Origin: Candidatus Babeliales bacterium
GTDB lineage: Bacteria; Babelota; Babeliae; Babelales; UASB340
DNA: 35,655 nucleotides
Assembly (NCBI GenBank): GCA_021735465.1
Contig: JAIPGX010000001.1
Coordinates: 1 to 35,655 of the forward strand
Reading direction: 5' to 3'
Positions within the stretch are counted from its first letter, which is position 1. Each line of letters begins with the position of its first letter. A program made the translations under genes and the position numbers. Positions 8,534 to 19,471 of the stretch are shown piece by piece. The notes under the pieces are model-generated. The model was not told where the DNA came from, did not search any database, and saw only the letters and a list, made by a program, of their open reading frames with translations.

Positions 8534-9076
8534 TTAACTAGAAGATTTGGTTTTTCCTGCTTTACGGATTAAAACCTGACCTTCTATTATAATTCCAGTA
8601 CCCTTATATGGCTCTGGTGGCCTAAATGATCTAACCGTATCACAAACATTTCCAAGCAAAAATTTATCAGATGATTTAAAAATTAAATTTTGTCCAGTTT
8701 TATCAACATCTACAGTTACTTGGACAGGTAATTCATAATCAATTTTATGACTATATCCCAAAGTAAAAGTAAGTTTTTTACCTGATAATTGAGCTTTATA
8801 ACCAAGACCAACTATTTTTACTTTTTTCTCAAAACCTGTTTGAACACCAGTTACTTTGTTAGCAAGCAAAGCTCTATGAAGTCCCCAAATCATTCTGTTT
8901 TTTCTGCTATTCTCAGAAATAGATAAAATTAAAAAACCATTTTCTAAAGAAGCATTTACAGCTTCTGGTAATTCATGAGTAAATTCAGCCTTGGGACCCT
9001 TTAAAAAAACATTTTTATCTTTAATTTCCACTTTTGCTGTTGAAATTTCTATCGGTTTTCTTCCAATCTTAGACAT
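8534..9076 (-). CDS. rplF: 50S ribosomal protein L6
   Basis: 180 aa. MSKIGRKPIEI... shows the two-domain L6 pattern, and the gene is in spc operon order. Confidence 0.95.
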   Translation of the reverse strand: MSKIGRKPIEISTAKVEIKDKNVFLKGPKAEFTHELPEAVNASLENGFLILSISENSRKNRMIWGLHRALLANKVTGVQTGFEKKVKIVGLGYKAQLSGKKLTFTLGYSHKIDYELPVQVTVDVDKTGQNLIFKSSDKFLLGNVCDTVRSFRPPEPYKGTGIIIEGQVLIRKAGKTKSSS

Positions 9077-9085
9077 ATCAAATCC

Positions 9086-9481
9086 TTACCACACGTGACA
9101 AATAACTTCACCGCCAACAGATAATTGTCTTGCTTGTCGATCGGTTATTATACCTTTGTTAGTATTTAGAATGGAGACGCCTAATCCTCCAATAACTGAA
9201 GTCATACTTCTTATACCTTCATAACAGCGACGACTTGGCTTACTAACACGTTTTATCTCATTAATAGCTGGCTGACCATCAACATATTTTAAATGAACAA
9301 CCAAACACAATTTTCCATCTTCATCTTCAATCTTTTCAAATTCACGAATAAAACCTTCATTTTTTAAAACTTGAGCAATCCCAAATTTTTCTCTTGAGTA
9401 AAAAACAACTATTCTGCGTTTACCAACTAATAACGCATTACGAATACTAGTTAAAAAATTACCTAATACATCAATCGACAT
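9086..9481 (-). CDS. rpsH: 30S ribosomal protein S8
   Basis: 131 aa with ...TNKGIITDRQARQLSVGGEVICHVW, the typical S8 C-terminus. Confidence 0.96.
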   Translation of the reverse strand: MSIDVLGNFLTSIRNALLVGKRRIVVFYSREKFGIAQVLKNEGFIREFEKIEDEDGKLCLVVHLKYVDGQPAINEIKRVSKPSRRCYEGIRSMTSVIGGLGVSILNTNKGIITDRQARQLSVGGEVICHVW

Positions 9482-9499
9482 TATTTTGTCCTTCTAATA

Positions 9500-9685
9500 T
9501 TACCAGCTTGTCTTCTTAACCCCGGGAAGCAAACCTTCTAACGCAAATTTTCTAAAACAGAGTCTACATAATAAAAAATCCCTCATAAATCCACGAGGTC
9601 TTCCACACATTTTACATCTGTTTCTTGATCTTGTAGAAAATTTTGGAGTCTTATTTGCTTTTTCAATCAATGCTTTTTTTGCCAT
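9500..9685 (-). CDS. rpsN: 30S ribosomal protein S14, short zinc-binding type Z
   Basis: 61 aa with [22 protein letters not shown] (CxxC...CxxC), ending in W. It sits between rplE and rpsH. Confidence 0.95.
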   Translation of the reverse strand: MAKKALIEKANKTPKFSTRSRNRCKMCGRPRGFMRDFLLCRLCFRKFALEGLLPGVKKTSW

Positions 9686-9709
9686 AAATATAGCCTTTTT
9701 TCAATATTC

Positions 9710-10249
9710 CTAGTTTTTAAATGGCATATTAAAGTCTTTTAAAAGAGCTTTTGCATGCTCATCAAGCTTAGCCGTAGTTTGTATTGTTATATTTAAACCT
9801 CTTACTTTGTCAACCTTATCATAGTCAACTTCAGGAAAGATCATCCAATCTTTAATTCCCAAATTTAAATTTCCATTTCCATCAAATTTTGGATTAATTC
9901 CATGAAAATCTTTCACGTTAGGAATAGAAATATTAACAAGTTTATCTAAAAATTCATACATCATCTTTCCCCTTAAAGTTACCATAACTCCAATAGGAAC
10001 CCCTTCTCTCAATTTAAAACCCGCTATTGATTTCTTAGCATAAGTTTTAACTGCCATCTGACCTGCAATCTGACTTATTATATTTTTTATTCCATCTAAA
10101 ATTTTTCCATCACTAACAGCGTCTTTTACACCTATATTTAAAACAATTTTAGACACCTTAGGAACTTGCATAACATTTCTGAATTTTAATTTATTTTGCA
10201 AGCTTGGAACAATTTCATTTTTATACAATTCTTCTAATCGTGATTTCAT
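9710..10249 (-). CDS. rplE: 50S ribosomal protein L5
   Basis: 179 aa with MKSRLEELYKNEIVPSL... and ...FHGINPKFDGNGNLNLGIKDWMIFPE, the L5 signature region. Confidence 0.95.
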   Translation of the reverse strand: MKSRLEELYKNEIVPSLQNKLKFRNVMQVPKVSKIVLNIGVKDAVSDGKILDGIKNIISQIAGQMAVKTYAKKSIAGFKLREGVPIGVMVTLRGKMMYEFLDKLVNISIPNVKDFHGINPKFDGNGNLNLGIKDWMIFPEVDYDKVDKVRGLNITIQTTAKLDEHAKALLKDFNMPFKN

Positions 10250-10264
10250 AAAGCAACCTTAATG

Positions 10265-10585
10265 CTAAAAAGCTTCTTTGCATTTATTACAAATTCTAGC
10301 CTTTTTTTGTTTTTCATCGTTCAAAAATTTAGTTTGTACCCTACAAGCTTTTTTACAAGAAGAACAAACAGGCATTACCTTGCAAAGAGGAAAATAATTT
10401 TCTTCTTTTACAATTTTACTAACTTCACCCTGTTTTCTTGCTTTTACATGACGAGCAACTATAGAAACACCTTTTACTAAAACTTTATCTTTTTTAGTAT
10501 CAATATCTATTACGCTGCCCTGCTTGCCCTTATCTTTACCAGATATAACAAGCACTGTATCATTTTTTTTTACCCTACGTAACAT
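10265..10585 (-). CDS. rplX: 50S ribosomal protein L24 with a Cys-rich C-terminal half
   Basis: 106 aa with the KOW motif [20 protein letters not shown]. The C-terminal part carries six Cys, including CSSC and CNKC. Confidence 0.93.
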   Translation of the reverse strand: MLRRVKKNDTVLVISGKDKGKQGSVIDIDTKKDKVLVKGVSIVARHVKARKQGEVSKIVKEENYFPLCKVMPVCSSCKKACRVQTKFLNDEKQKKARICNKCKEAF

Positions 10586-10617
10586 AATCTTTTACCCATT
10601 TTTATAATTTATTTTTT

Positions 10618-10986
10618 TCACAAAACTTCCGGTGCTAAAGAAACTATTTTTGAAAAACCTTCAGCCCGCAATTCTCTAGCAATAGGACCAAATATGCGAG
10701 TTCCAACCGGTTGTTTTTCTTTGTCAATTACAACAGCCGCATTTTCATCAAACCTTATGTAACTTCCATCATTTCTTCGGGTTTCTTTTCTTGTTCTAAC
10801 TATAACGGCGTTTAATACATCACCCTTTTTAACGGTTCCACCTGGAATAGCTTTTTTCACAGAAACTTTTACAATATCTCCAATATATGCATACCTTTTA
10901 TCGGTACTTCCTGTAACTTGTATAACCATTAATTTTTTTGCACCTGAATTATCAGCTACTTCTAAATAAGTTTGTTTCTGAACCAT
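10618..10986 (-). CDS. rplN: 50S ribosomal protein L14
   Basis: 122 aa. [24 protein letters not shown] is the canonical L14 N-terminus. Confidence 0.97.
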   Translation of the reverse strand: MVQKQTYLEVADNSGAKKLMVIQVTGSTDKRYAYIGDIVKVSVKKAIPGGTVKKGDVLNAVIVRTRKETRRNDGSYIRFDENAAVVIDKEKQPVGTRIFGPIARELRAEGFSKIVSLAPEVL

Positions 10987-11000
10987 CGCTTATTCCCTTA

Positions 11001-11252
11001 TTAAACCGATTTCTTTGTAATTAATTTCAAAACCATATGCTTAGTTTTGGAAATAGGTCTACTTTCAATTATTTCAACCAAATCGCCAATCTTCGCTTCA
11101 TTGTTTTGGTCATGTACTTTATACTTTTTTGAACGTGTAACGATTTTATGAAAAAAAGGATGTTCAAAAGTTCTGCTTATACTAACCACAATTGTTTTAT
11201 CCATTTTATCAGAAACAACTTTACCTAAAAGAATTTTTTCATTTTTCAACAT
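11001..11252 (-). CDS. rpsQ: 30S ribosomal protein S17
   Basis: [25 protein letters not shown]... is the conserved S17 start. ATG at 11252 lies 20 nt after the rpmC stop and follows AAGGA. The longer ORF-track start (11309) lies inside rpmC. Confidence 0.92.
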   Translation of the reverse strand: MLKNEKILLGKVVSDKMDKTIVVSISRTFEHPFFHKIVTRSKKYKVHDQNNEAKIGDLVEIIESRPISKTKHMVLKLITKKSV

Positions 11253-11272
11253 TTTACATCCATCCTTAAAAA

Positions 11273-11464
11273 CTATTTGTTTCTTTTCTGATTTAAAACA
11301 GTCAAACATCTAGCAATATTAATTCGTATTTTTTTTAATTGCGAATAATCTTTAGCCTGACCAACGGCTAAATTTAGCTTCAAATTAAAAATATCTTTTT
11401 TTAACTGATCTACTTCTCTTAACAATGAACTAGCATCCATTTTTCTTATTTCATCTATATTCAT
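11273..11464 (-). CDS. rpmC: 50S ribosomal protein L29
   Basis: 63 aa and helical, with ...[22 protein letters not shown]... It sits between rplP and rpsQ. Confidence 0.93.
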   Translation of the reverse strand: MNIDEIRKMDASSLLREVDQLKKDIFNLKLNLAVGQAKDYSQLKKIRINIARCLTVLNQKRNK

Positions 11465-11477
11465 AATAAATCACATT

Positions 11478-11885
11478 TTATTTAATAATAAATTTAGTTC
11501 TCATAGGAAGCTTGTAAGAAGCCGAAGTTAAAACCTTCTTGGCAATTACTGCATCAAGACCCTTAACTTCAAACAAAACTTTACCTCGCTTAACAACACA
11601 AACCCAAAACTCTGGATTTCCCTTACCTTTACCCATTCGTGTTTCAGCGGGTTTTTTAGTTACTGGCTTATCAGGAAACACTCTTAAAACAAGTTCCCCG
11701 ATTTTTTTTAATTTCCTATTAATCGTAACTCTAGCCGCTTCTATTTGCCTTGCAGTTAACCAACCAGGCTCAACTGCCTGCAATCCAAATTCTCCAAAGG
11801 TCACCGTGCTTGCGCCTTGTTTTGCATGACCTCTCATAGAGCCTCTTTGAACTTTTCTGTACTTAGTCTTCTTCGGCATTAACAT
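11478..11885 (-). CDS. rplP: 50S ribosomal protein L16
   Basis: 135 aa with [24 protein letters not shown]... and ARQIEAARV. Confidence 0.96.
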   Translation of the reverse strand: MLMPKKTKYRKVQRGSMRGHAKQGASTVTFGEFGLQAVEPGWLTARQIEAARVTINRKLKKIGELVLRVFPDKPVTKKPAETRMGKGKGNPEFWVCVVKRGKVLFEVKGLDAVIAKKVLTSASYKLPMRTKFIIK

Positions 11886-11918
11886 AGTTCAATCTTTCTG
11901 ATAACTATTTTTTTAATC

Positions 11919-12536
11919 TTAATATTCACCATTACAAATCCATACTTTGACACCAATTATTCCATAGGTAGTCTTTGCTTCAGCCGAATAAAAACCAACA
12001 TTAGAACGCAAAGTATGTAATGGAACAGATCCAAGCCTTAACCATTCACTACGCGCAATTTCTGCGCCACCCAGCCTACCGGAACAACAAATTTTTATGC
12101 CCTTAGCACCAGCATTCATTGTAGCATAACCTGCACGCTTCATTGCTCTTTTAAAACTAACTCTTTTTTCTAACTGATCAGCAATGTTTTTTGCAACTAA
12201 GGCCGCATTCAAATCAGGATTTTTTACTTCCTGCACAGATATATCAACATTTTTTTTAAATTTAGAAAAAAAATCACTTTTTAATCTATCTATTCCTGCA
12301 CCCCTTTTTCCAATAATGAAACCAGGATGTGCAGAAAAAATGATTATTTTAACATTTTCTGCAGCTTTTTCTATAACTATTTTTGCAACATCACTATAAT
12401 TTAATTGGTTTTTTAGGAATTTTCTAATATGCAAATCTTCCAACAAATCTTTTCCGTAACTTTTGGCAAACCAACGAGCCTGCCAATCTTCAAAAACACC
12501 TAATCTAAAACCTAAAGGATGAACTTTTTGACCCAC
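11919..12536 (-). CDS. rpsC: 30S ribosomal protein S3
   Basis: 205 aa with MGQKVHPLGFRLG and KH-domain GFIIGKRGAGI. The start codon is GTG (rc of 12534-12536), 7 nt after GAGGTG. Confidence 0.95.
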   Translation of the reverse strand: MGQKVHPLGFRLGVFEDWQARWFAKSYGKDLLEDLHIRKFLKNQLNYSDVAKIVIEKAAENVKIIIFSAHPGFIIGKRGAGIDRLKSDFFSKFKKNVDISVQEVKNPDLNAALVAKNIADQLEKRVSFKRAMKRAGYATMNAGAKGIKICCSGRLGGAEIARSEWLRLGSVPLHTLRSNVGFYSAEAKTTYGIIGVKVWICNGEY

Positions 12537-12614
12537 TTAAACACCTCTAAAATTATTATCTATATCAGCAAACATAATTACTTTTCAATTAATTTTTGTA
12601 TCTACTTAAAATAT

Positions 12615-12971
12615 TTATTTAGATATTTTTCTTGCCAATTCAACCTGAATATGACTCAATCTTTTTCTCTGTATATTTGCTTTACCCATAGCTCCAGGTT
12701 TAAAATATTTTATAATTGGTCCTTGATCTATTCTTATTTCTTTAATAAGTAAATCTTGCATAGAAGAAATATCTGTCTGCGTATTTTTTCCATTTGAATA
12801 TGCAGAAAAAATTGTTTTAATTATAGGTCTTACTCTTTTAATTTCACAATTCTGCAACCAAGCCAAAGCACGATCAACAGAATACCCTCTAACTACATCA
12901 ACAAAAGGTCTCAACTTATACGGAGAAACACGTACATATTTACTTATAGCTTTTATTGTTTTTTCAGACAT
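12615..12971 (-). CDS. rplV: 50S ribosomal protein L22
   Basis: 118 aa with ...KYVRVSPYKLRPFVDVVRGYSVDRALAWL..., typical of L22. Confidence 0.94.
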   Translation of the reverse strand: MSEKTIKAISKYVRVSPYKLRPFVDVVRGYSVDRALAWLQNCEIKRVRPIIKTIFSAYSNGKNTQTDISSMQDLLIKEIRIDQGPIIKYFKPGAMGKANIQRKRLSHIQVELARKISK

Positions 12972-13006
12972 TTTTTAGCCTTTTTAAAATTGTCTTAATA
13001 CTTTAG

Positions 13007-13291
13007 TTATTTTCCAGCTGCTCCAGATTTACGCTGGCCACTATGCATCCTAAATGTTCGAGTTGGGGCAAATTCTCCTAAATAATGTCCAACCATATTT
13101 TCTGTAATTGAAACAGAAACAAATTTTCTTCCATCATGAATTGCAATTGTTTGACCTACAAAATCAGGAGTAACCATGCTGCCTCTTTTCCAGGTTTTAA
13201 TCACTTTTCTTTGACCTGATGCTTTTACCTCTTCTAATTTTTTCAACAAAGATGGATCAACAAAAGGTCCTTTTTTTAATGATCTAGTCAT
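13007..13291 (-). CDS. rpsS: 30S ribosomal protein S19
   Basis: 94 aa with [12 protein letters not shown]... and [13 protein letters not shown]. Confidence 0.96.
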   Translation of the reverse strand: MTRSLKKGPFVDPSLLKKLEEVKASGQRKVIKTWKRGSMVTPDFVGQTIAIHDGRKFVSVSITENMVGHYLGEFAPTRTFRMHSGQRKSGAAGK

Positions 13292-13306
13292 ATTTATTAT
13301 ACCTTT

Positions 13307-14122
13307 TTATTTACGTCTTTTCAAAATAGCAGAACTTTTACGTTTTCTAGTTCTGGCACCTTTAGTACACTTACCCCAAGGAGTTACTGGATGAGATCCA
13401 GATTTTGATCTTCCCTCACCACCTCCATGAGGGTGATCTATAGGGTTCATAGCCATACCTCTAACTGTAGGCCTTATACCCATGCGCCTAGTTCGTCCAG
13501 CTTTACCTATTGTAACGTTTTTCCAATCAGCATTGGATAAAACACCAACAGATGCCCAATTATCCAATCCAACGGTTCTTGTTTCCCCTGAAGGCATTTT
13601 TAATATAGCAAGACCCCCTTCTTTTGCTAATAATTGAACTGCACATCCTGCACTTCTTGCAAACTTACCCCCACGCCCAGGAGAAATCTCCACGTTGTGA
13701 ATAAAAAAACCAACTGGAATGTTTTTTATAGGTAAACAATTACCTACTCTAGGCTCAGCTTTGCTACTTGAAAGAACCGTATCACCTATATTTAATCCAT
13801 CTGCTTTAAGAATATAACCCTTTGCTCCGTTTTTGTAAAAAATTAAAGCAATAAAAACATTTCTGTTTGGATCATACTCAAAGGCTTCAATTTTACCAGG
13901 AATATCTATTTGAGATCTTCTAAAATCTATAATCCTATATTTTCTTTTTGCTCCCCCTCCACGATGTCTTGTTGTAATGCGACCATAAGCATTACGTCCT
14001 CCTGAACCGCCAAGAGGAAGAACCAAGCTTTTTTCCGGATTTTTCTTGGTTATATCTTTAAAAGAGAGAAATTGTTGATTTCTTAATGAAGAATTTCTTG
14101 GTTTTCTATTTACTATAGCCAT
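13307..14122 (-). CDS. rplB: 50S ribosomal protein L2
   Basis: 271 aa with ...GMAMNPIDHPHGGGEGRS..., the L2 signature. Confidence 0.97.
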   Translation of the reverse strand: MAIVNRKPRNSSLRNQQFLSFKDITKKNPEKSLVLPLGGSGGRNAYGRITTRHRGGGAKRKYRIIDFRRSQIDIPGKIEAFEYDPNRNVFIALIFYKNGAKGYILKADGLNIGDTVLSSSKAEPRVGNCLPIKNIPVGFFIHNVEISPGRGGKFARSAGCAVQLLAKEGGLAILKMPSGETRTVGLDNWASVGVLSNADWKNVTIGKAGRTRRMGIRPTVRGMAMNPIDHPHGGGEGRSKSGSHPVTPWGKCTKGARTRKRKSSAILKRRK

Positions 14123-14123
14123 T

Positions 14124-14483
14124 CTATTTTCCTTCTAAATTCATCTCTTTTTTGTCCAAAGTCTCTTCTTGTTCTGCAACACCCATGGTTTCAAAATTAC
14201 CAGGCAAATCTATCTTGTAACCTTTTTTTAAAAAAACAATTGCCTTTTTTGTATCAGGAGACTGGAAAGACATTCTTGCAAAAACTCTTTTTTTTCCAGG
14301 ACAAGAAATAACCCGAACTTTATCAACCTTAACATCCCAAATTTTTTCAACGGCTTCTCTAATCATTATTTTGTTCGCTTCTTTATGAACTTGGAATGTT
14401 ATTTGTTTTAATTTCCTAAACAAATCAACTGTTTTAGGAGTTATTATTCTTTTTTTTATAATATCATAAGCGCTTAATTTCAT
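14124..14483 (-). CDS. rplW: 50S ribosomal protein L23 with an acidic C-terminal extension
   Basis: MKLSAYDIIKKRIITPKT... is an L23-like start at ATG 14483. The ORF-track start at 14504 is a GTG overlapping the rplD end. The tail reads ...ETMGVAEQEETLDKKEMNLEGK. Confidence 0.9.
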   Translation of the reverse strand: MKLSAYDIIKKRIITPKTVDLFRKLKQITFQVHKEANKIMIREAVEKIWDVKVDKVRVISCPGKKRVFARMSFQSPDTKKAIVFLKKGYKIDLPGNFETMGVAEQEETLDKKEMNLEGK

Positions 14484-14494
14484 TTTAGTCTCAC

Positions 14495-15136
14495 TCAGTT
14501 CCACGCTGCAATCATATTTTTAAACAAATCCAAATCTTTCTTTAAAAATATCCAGCGATCATTTTTGGTTAAATTATAAGCATCGGCTTGATCAAAACTA
14601 AGTACACTAATATTTGGAATATTTCTAAAAGACATCCAATTAGATTCATCAGCAAAAGGTAAAAATATTAAAACTTTTTTATTATGTTTATCTATTTTTT
14701 TTAATGCATCAAATGCACCTCTTGTACTTGGTTTATCAAAACTCAAATCCAAACAACATAATTTTTTATCTTCTAAAAAATTATGAAAAATATTATTCAA
14801 AACTAATTTTTTTTGTTTGCGATTAATAGACAAAGTTCTTGTTCGAGGTTGTGGTCCAAAGATCACACCACCTTTTCTCCATAATGGAGAACGCAACGTT
14901 CCAGCTCTTGCTCGACCCGTACCTTTTTGCTTCCAAGGTTTTTTGTTTGAGAAACTAATCCCACCTCTATCTTTGCAACCAACAGTTCCTTGTCTCCAAT
15001 TAAACAATAAAGACTTTATGGCATAAGAAAAAGTTCTTATGCTTTCATCTCTCTTTAAAGCTTGTAAGTCATCAAGTTTCAATGCTTCTTGCTCATTTCC
15101 GCTAGAATTATAAATAGGTATCTGTATCTGGCTCAT
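14495..15136 (-). CDS. rplD: 50S ribosomal protein L4
   Basis: 213 aa with ...KPWKQKGTGRARAGTLRSPLWRKGGVIFGPQPR, the L4 signature. Confidence 0.95.
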   Translation of the reverse strand: MSQIQIPIYNSSGNEQEALKLDDLQALKRDESIRTFSYAIKSLLFNWRQGTVGCKDRGGISFSNKKPWKQKGTGRARAGTLRSPLWRKGGVIFGPQPRTRTLSINRKQKKLVLNNIFHNFLEDKKLCCLDLSFDKPSTRGAFDALKKIDKHNKKVLIFLPFADESNWMSFRNIPNISVLSFDQADAYNLTKNDRWIFLKKDLDLFKNMIAAWN

Positions 15137-15141
15137 AATAT

Positions 15142-15771
15142 TTATCCTTGTTTACAAATAGTTACCAAAGAAGCATTCTTTCCAGGAACAGCTCCCTTTA
15201 CAAACAAACTACTATTTTCTTTATCTATATGAATAATTTTTAAACCTTTTACAGTGATTCTATCATTTCCTGTTTGTCCAGGAAGTTTTTTACCTTTTAC
15301 AACTTGACCCTGAGTGCGCAAGTTACCTATAGCCCCTGGTCTTCTATGAAAATTTGAACCGTGACTTTCAGGTCCACCGCCAAAACCCCAACGTTTAACA
15401 ACGCCCTGAAATCCGTGTCCCTTACAAATTCCAGTAACTTTTATAATATCTTCAGCCTGTAAACCAAGACCATCAAAATTGATTTTTTGGCCTAAAGTAA
15501 AACCGGAAGAATCTGCTTCTTCAGTTAAAACTTCACGTAAAAAACAAAAATATTTTTTTTTATTTTTTAACCAATCAACAGAAAATGACTTTTTTCTATA
15601 TCTATTTCTTAAAATACCCAATTGCAATGCAGAATAACCTTCATTTTGAGTAGTTTTAACCTGAGTTACAAATAAATCAGAAACATTTATTACCGTAACA
15701 GGAAAAACTTTTCCATTAGGAGCAAAAATTTGGGTCATCCCCACTTTTTTACCTAAAATATTATTTAGCAT
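15142..15771 (-). CDS. rplC: 50S ribosomal protein L3
   Basis: 209 aa with ...ILGKKVGMTQIF... and GHGFQGVVKRWGFGGGPESHGS. Confidence 0.96.
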   Translation of the reverse strand: MLNNILGKKVGMTQIFAPNGKVFPVTVINVSDLFVTQVKTTQNEGYSALQLGILRNRYRKKSFSVDWLKNKKKYFCFLREVLTEEADSSGFTLGQKINFDGLGLQAEDIIKVTGICKGHGFQGVVKRWGFGGGPESHGSNFHRRPGAIGNLRTQGQVVKGKKLPGQTGNDRITVKGLKIIHIDKENSSLFVKGAVPGKNASLVTICKQG

Positions 15772-15801
15772 AATTCAGCCTCTTGCTCATCATTTTGTTC
15801 T

Positions 15802-16107
15802 TTACTTAATTTCAACATCGACCCCAGCTGAAATATTTAATTTCATCAAAGCCTCCATTGTCTGTTCAGAAGGGGAAACAATATCTAAAATGCGTTTATG
15901 TGTTGTTAGTTCAAACTGTTCCCTCGACTTTTTATCAACATGAGGCGATCTTAAAACTGTAAAACATTTTCTGTGATTAGGCAGAGGAACGGGCCCCAAA
16001 ACTTTGGACCCGGTCCTTTTAACTGTCAACGCAATTTGCTTTACTGCACTATCTAACAGCTGATAATCATAGGATTTCAATGTTAAACGTATTCTTTGTT
16101 TCTTCAT
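15802..16107 (-). CDS. rpsJ: 30S ribosomal protein S10
   Basis: 101 aa with [12 protein letters not shown]...[25 protein letters not shown]. Confidence 0.96.
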   Translation of the reverse strand: MKKQRIRLTLKSYDYQLLDSAVKQIALTVKRTGSKVLGPVPLPNHRKCFTVLRSPHVDKKSREQFELTTHKRILDIVSPSEQTMEALMKLNISAGVDVEIK

Positions 16108-16125
16108 TCAAAATAACCTAAACAA

Positions 16126-17316
16126 TTATTCTATTATTTCTGTAACAATACCTGCACCAACTGTTCTTCCGCCTTCACGAATTGCAAATTTCAATTCTTT
16201 ATCCATAGCAATCTTACTTACTAATTCTACGGTTACTGCAACTTCATCCCCAGGAACAACCATTTCTCGGCCCTCTGGAAGAGTTATTGTACCTGTAACA
16301 TCTGTAGTTCTAAAATAAAATTGAGGTCTATAACCATTAAAGAATGGCGTATGACGCCCGCCTTCTTCTTTTTTTAATGTGACAATTTGAGCTTTAAATT
16401 TTTTATGAGGTGTTATTGAACCCGTTTTCGCTATCACCTGACCACGTTCTACTTCTTCTTTTTTCGTACCACGAAGTAAAACACCTACGTTATCACCAGG
16501 AATAGCTTCTTTTAATTCCTTATTAAACATTTCAAGACCAGTAATGGTAGTTTTTTTCGTATCACCAAAACCAACTATTTCAGCTTCATCACCGACCTTA
16601 ACAATACCTTGTGCAATACGGCCTGTAACAACAGTTCCACGACCAGAAATTGAAAATACGTCTTCTATTGGCATCAAGAAAGGCTTCTCTGTATCTCTTT
16701 CTGGGGTTGGGATATATGAATCCACCGCATCCATTAGTTTCATGATAGCCTGAGAACCTATTTCAGATTTATCACCTTCTAATGCCTTTAAAGCAGAACC
16801 TTTGACAATAGGGATATCTTGACCCGGAAAACCATAACTACTTAAAAGTTCTCTTACTTCTTCTTCTACCAATTCAACCAAGCCTTCATCATCAACCATG
16901 TCAACTTTATTCAAGAAAACAACAATAGATGGAACGCCAACTTGACGAGCCAAAAGTATATGCTCTCTTGTTTGAGGCATAGGTCCATCTGCTGCAGATA
17001 CTACCAGGATAGCACCATCCATTTGTGCTGCACCAGTTATCATATTTTTTACATAGTCAGCATGCCCAGGACAATCGACGTGCGCATAGTGACGCTTACC
17101 TGTTTCATATTCAACGTGAGATACTGCAATCGTAATACCTCTAGCTTTTTCTTCTGGAGCATTATCAATTTGATCAAAAGCCCTAAAAGAACCTCCGCCC
17201 TGTTCAGATAAAACTTTTGTAATAGCTGCAGTCAATGTCGTTTTTCCATGATCAACGTGCCCAATTGTTCCAACATTACAATGAGGCTTTGTTCTTTCAA
17301 ATACACCTTTTGCCAT
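16126..17316 (-). CDS. tuf: Elongation factor Tu
   Basis: 396 aa with [18 protein letters not shown] and NKVD. It aligns full-length by eye to canonical EF-Tu. Confidence 0.98.
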   Translation of the reverse strand: MAKGVFERTKPHCNVGTIGHVDHGKTTLTAAITKVLSEQGGGSFRAFDQIDNAPEEKARGITIAVSHVEYETGKRHYAHVDCPGHADYVKNMITGAAQMDGAILVVSAADGPMPQTREHILLARQVGVPSIVVFLNKVDMVDDEGLVELVEEEVRELLSSYGFPGQDIPIVKGSALKALEGDKSEIGSQAIMKLMDAVDSYIPTPERDTEKPFLMPIEDVFSISGRGTVVTGRIAQGIVKVGDEAEIVGFGDTKKTTITGLEMFNKELKEAIPGDNVGVLLRGTKKEEVERGQVIAKTGSITPHKKFKAQIVTLKKEEGGRHTPFFNGYRPQFYFRTTDVTGTITLPEGREMVVPGDEVAVTVELVSKIAMDKELKFAIREGGRTVGAGIVTEIIE

Positions 17317-17371
17317 TTTGTAAATCCTTCCTAGACAAACTATTTTTAAACTATTTTTTTATAAAACTATT

Positions 17372-19447
17372 TTACTTTTGTCCTACAATTGCATCTTGAA
17401 CATTTTTAGGTACTTCCCTATAAACTTCAAATTGCATAGTAGAACTGGCACGACCTTTTGTCATTGAACGTAAATCAGTCGTATACCCAAACATTTCCGC
17501 TAACGGAACTTCAGCATTTATAACTTGAACACCTTTACGTTCACCCATTCCCAAAATCCTACCCCGCCTAGAATTTAAATCTCCCATAACATCACCCATA
17601 TGCTCTTCTGGAGTAACAACTTCAATCTTAAAAATGGGTTCTAATAGGACTGGATTTGCCTTTTTCATTCCATCTTTAAAAGCCATTGATGCTGCAATCT
17701 TGAAAGCCAATTCAGAAGAATCAACATCATGAAAAGATCCATCATAAACAGTTACCTTAACATCCTCTACAGGATAACTCGCAAGAATACCCGAAGTTAA
17801 GGCTTCCCTTACCCCCTTTTCTATACCAGGAATATATTCTCTAGGAATTACACCACCAGTAATACCATTCACAAATTCAAATCCAGCCGCTCTTTCTAAT
17901 GGTTCTAACTTAAGCCATACATGTCCATATTGACCTCTACCACCAGATTGCCTGATAAATTTACCTTCAGATTCAATTGTTTTCTGAATGGTTTCTTTAT
18001 ATGCTACCTGGGGTTTTCCCACAGTAGCTTCAACTTTATGTTCACGCAATAACCTATCAACGATAATCTCTAAATGAAGCTCACCCATACCTGAAATCAC
18101 CGTCTGACCTGTATCATTATCAAAAGAAAATTTGAAAGATGGATCTTCTTGCATTAACTTCCTTAAAGACAAAGTCATTTTTTCATAATCACCGCGCCCC
18201 TTAGGTTCTATTGCGACACTTACTACAGTTTCAGGGAAATCAATGGATTCTAATAAAATAGGGTGATTTTCATCACAAAGAGTATCGCCCGTGGTAACAT
18301 CTTTTAATCCCACTAAAGCCACAATACTTCCTGCTTCGGCAGATTTTACTTCTTCCCTCTTATTTGCGTGCATTTTTAATAATCGGCTAATTCTCTCTTT
18401 TTTACCTTTTGCAGCATTAAAAACATAAGATCCAGCCTCTAACACACCAGAATAAACACGCGCAAAAACCAATGAACCGACAAAAGGATCTGTCATAATT
18501 TTAAAAGCAAGAGCAGAAAAAGGTTCTTTTGTATCAGCATGCCTTACTTCTACTTTATCTGTATCAGGATTTTCACCCTCAACTGGTCGGACTTCTAAAG
18601 GCGATGGCAAATAATCAACAACAGCATCCAGAAGTAATTGAACACCTTTGTTTTTAAAAGCAGAACCACAAAACATAGGCGTTATTTCCTGATTTAAAAC
18701 ACCTTTTCTTATTGCCGATTTAATTTCTTGGATAGAAATATCTTCCCCATTTAAATATTTATCAGCTAAAGCATCATCAAAATCACAAGCTTTTTCTACA
18801 ATTTTTTCTCGCAATTCTTTAGTTTTTTCTTTATATTCTTCAGGAACTTCAACTCTTTGAATAACCGTTCCTTGAGAGGCTTCATCAAAAAGAATCATTT
18901 GCTGATCTAATAAATCTATAATTCCTTTGAAATTTTCAGATTCACCTACAGGCAATTGCATTGCAACAGAATTACCTCTTAATTTTGAATTAACTTCTTC
19001 TACAACATCAAAATAATTTGCGCCTACTCTGTCTAATTTATTAACAAACGCCATTCGTGGAACTTTATATTTATCAGCCTGCCTCCAAACCGTTTCCGAT
19101 TGAGGCTCAACCCCACCAACACCACAAAAAACCGCAACGCAACCATCTAAAACCCTCAAGGATCTTTCAACTTCAATTGTAAAATCAACGTGGCCAGGAG
19201 TATCTATAATATTAATTTGATAATCCTGCCAAAAACAAGTAGTCGCTGCAGAAGTAATGGTTATCCCTCTCTCTTGTTCTTGCTCCATCCAATCCATTAC
19301 GGCCGCGCCTTCATGGACCTCTCCTATTTTATGAGAAACACCGGTATAAAAAAGAATACGTTCAGTTACAGTCGTTTTACCGGCATCTATATGCGCCATT
19401 ATTCCTATGTTTCTATATTTTTTTAATTTATTGTCACCATTACTCAT
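17372..19447 (-). CDS. fusA: Elongation factor G
   Basis: 691 aa with [17 protein letters not shown] and NKLDR. It sits between rpsG and tuf. Confidence 0.97.
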   Translation of the reverse strand: MSNGDNKLKKYRNIGIMAHIDAGKTTVTERILFYTGVSHKIGEVHEGAAVMDWMEQEQERGITITSAATTCFWQDYQINIIDTPGHVDFTIEVERSLRVLDGCVAVFCGVGGVEPQSETVWRQADKYKVPRMAFVNKLDRVGANYFDVVEEVNSKLRGNSVAMQLPVGESENFKGIIDLLDQQMILFDEASQGTVIQRVEVPEEYKEKTKELREKIVEKACDFDDALADKYLNGEDISIQEIKSAIRKGVLNQEITPMFCGSAFKNKGVQLLLDAVVDYLPSPLEVRPVEGENPDTDKVEVRHADTKEPFSALAFKIMTDPFVGSLVFARVYSGVLEAGSYVFNAAKGKKERISRLLKMHANKREEVKSAEAGSIVALVGLKDVTTGDTLCDENHPILLESIDFPETVVSVAIEPKGRGDYEKMTLSLRKLMQEDPSFKFSFDNDTGQTVISGMGELHLEIIVDRLLREHKVEATVGKPQVAYKETIQKTIESEGKFIRQSGGRGQYGHVWLKLEPLERAAGFEFVNGITGGVIPREYIPGIEKGVREALTSGILASYPVEDVKVTVYDGSFHDVDSSELAFKIAASMAFKDGMKKANPVLLEPIFKIEVVTPEEHMGDVMGDLNSRRGRILGMGERKGVQVINAEVPLAEMFGYTTDLRSMTKGRASSTMQFEVYREVPKNVQDAIVGQK

Positions 19448-19471
19448 ACTAAATTACCTCTATAAGCAACA

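Noticed and set aside
12537-12614. The largest spacer inside the ribosomal array (rplV-rpsC, 78 nt) as a possible internal promoter or leader.
   Set aside because: The best hexamers (TTGAAA with TATAGA or ATATAG at 17-18 nt) have a poor -10 element. No hairpin is visible. It probably just carries the GAGGTG RBS for the GTG-initiated rpsC.
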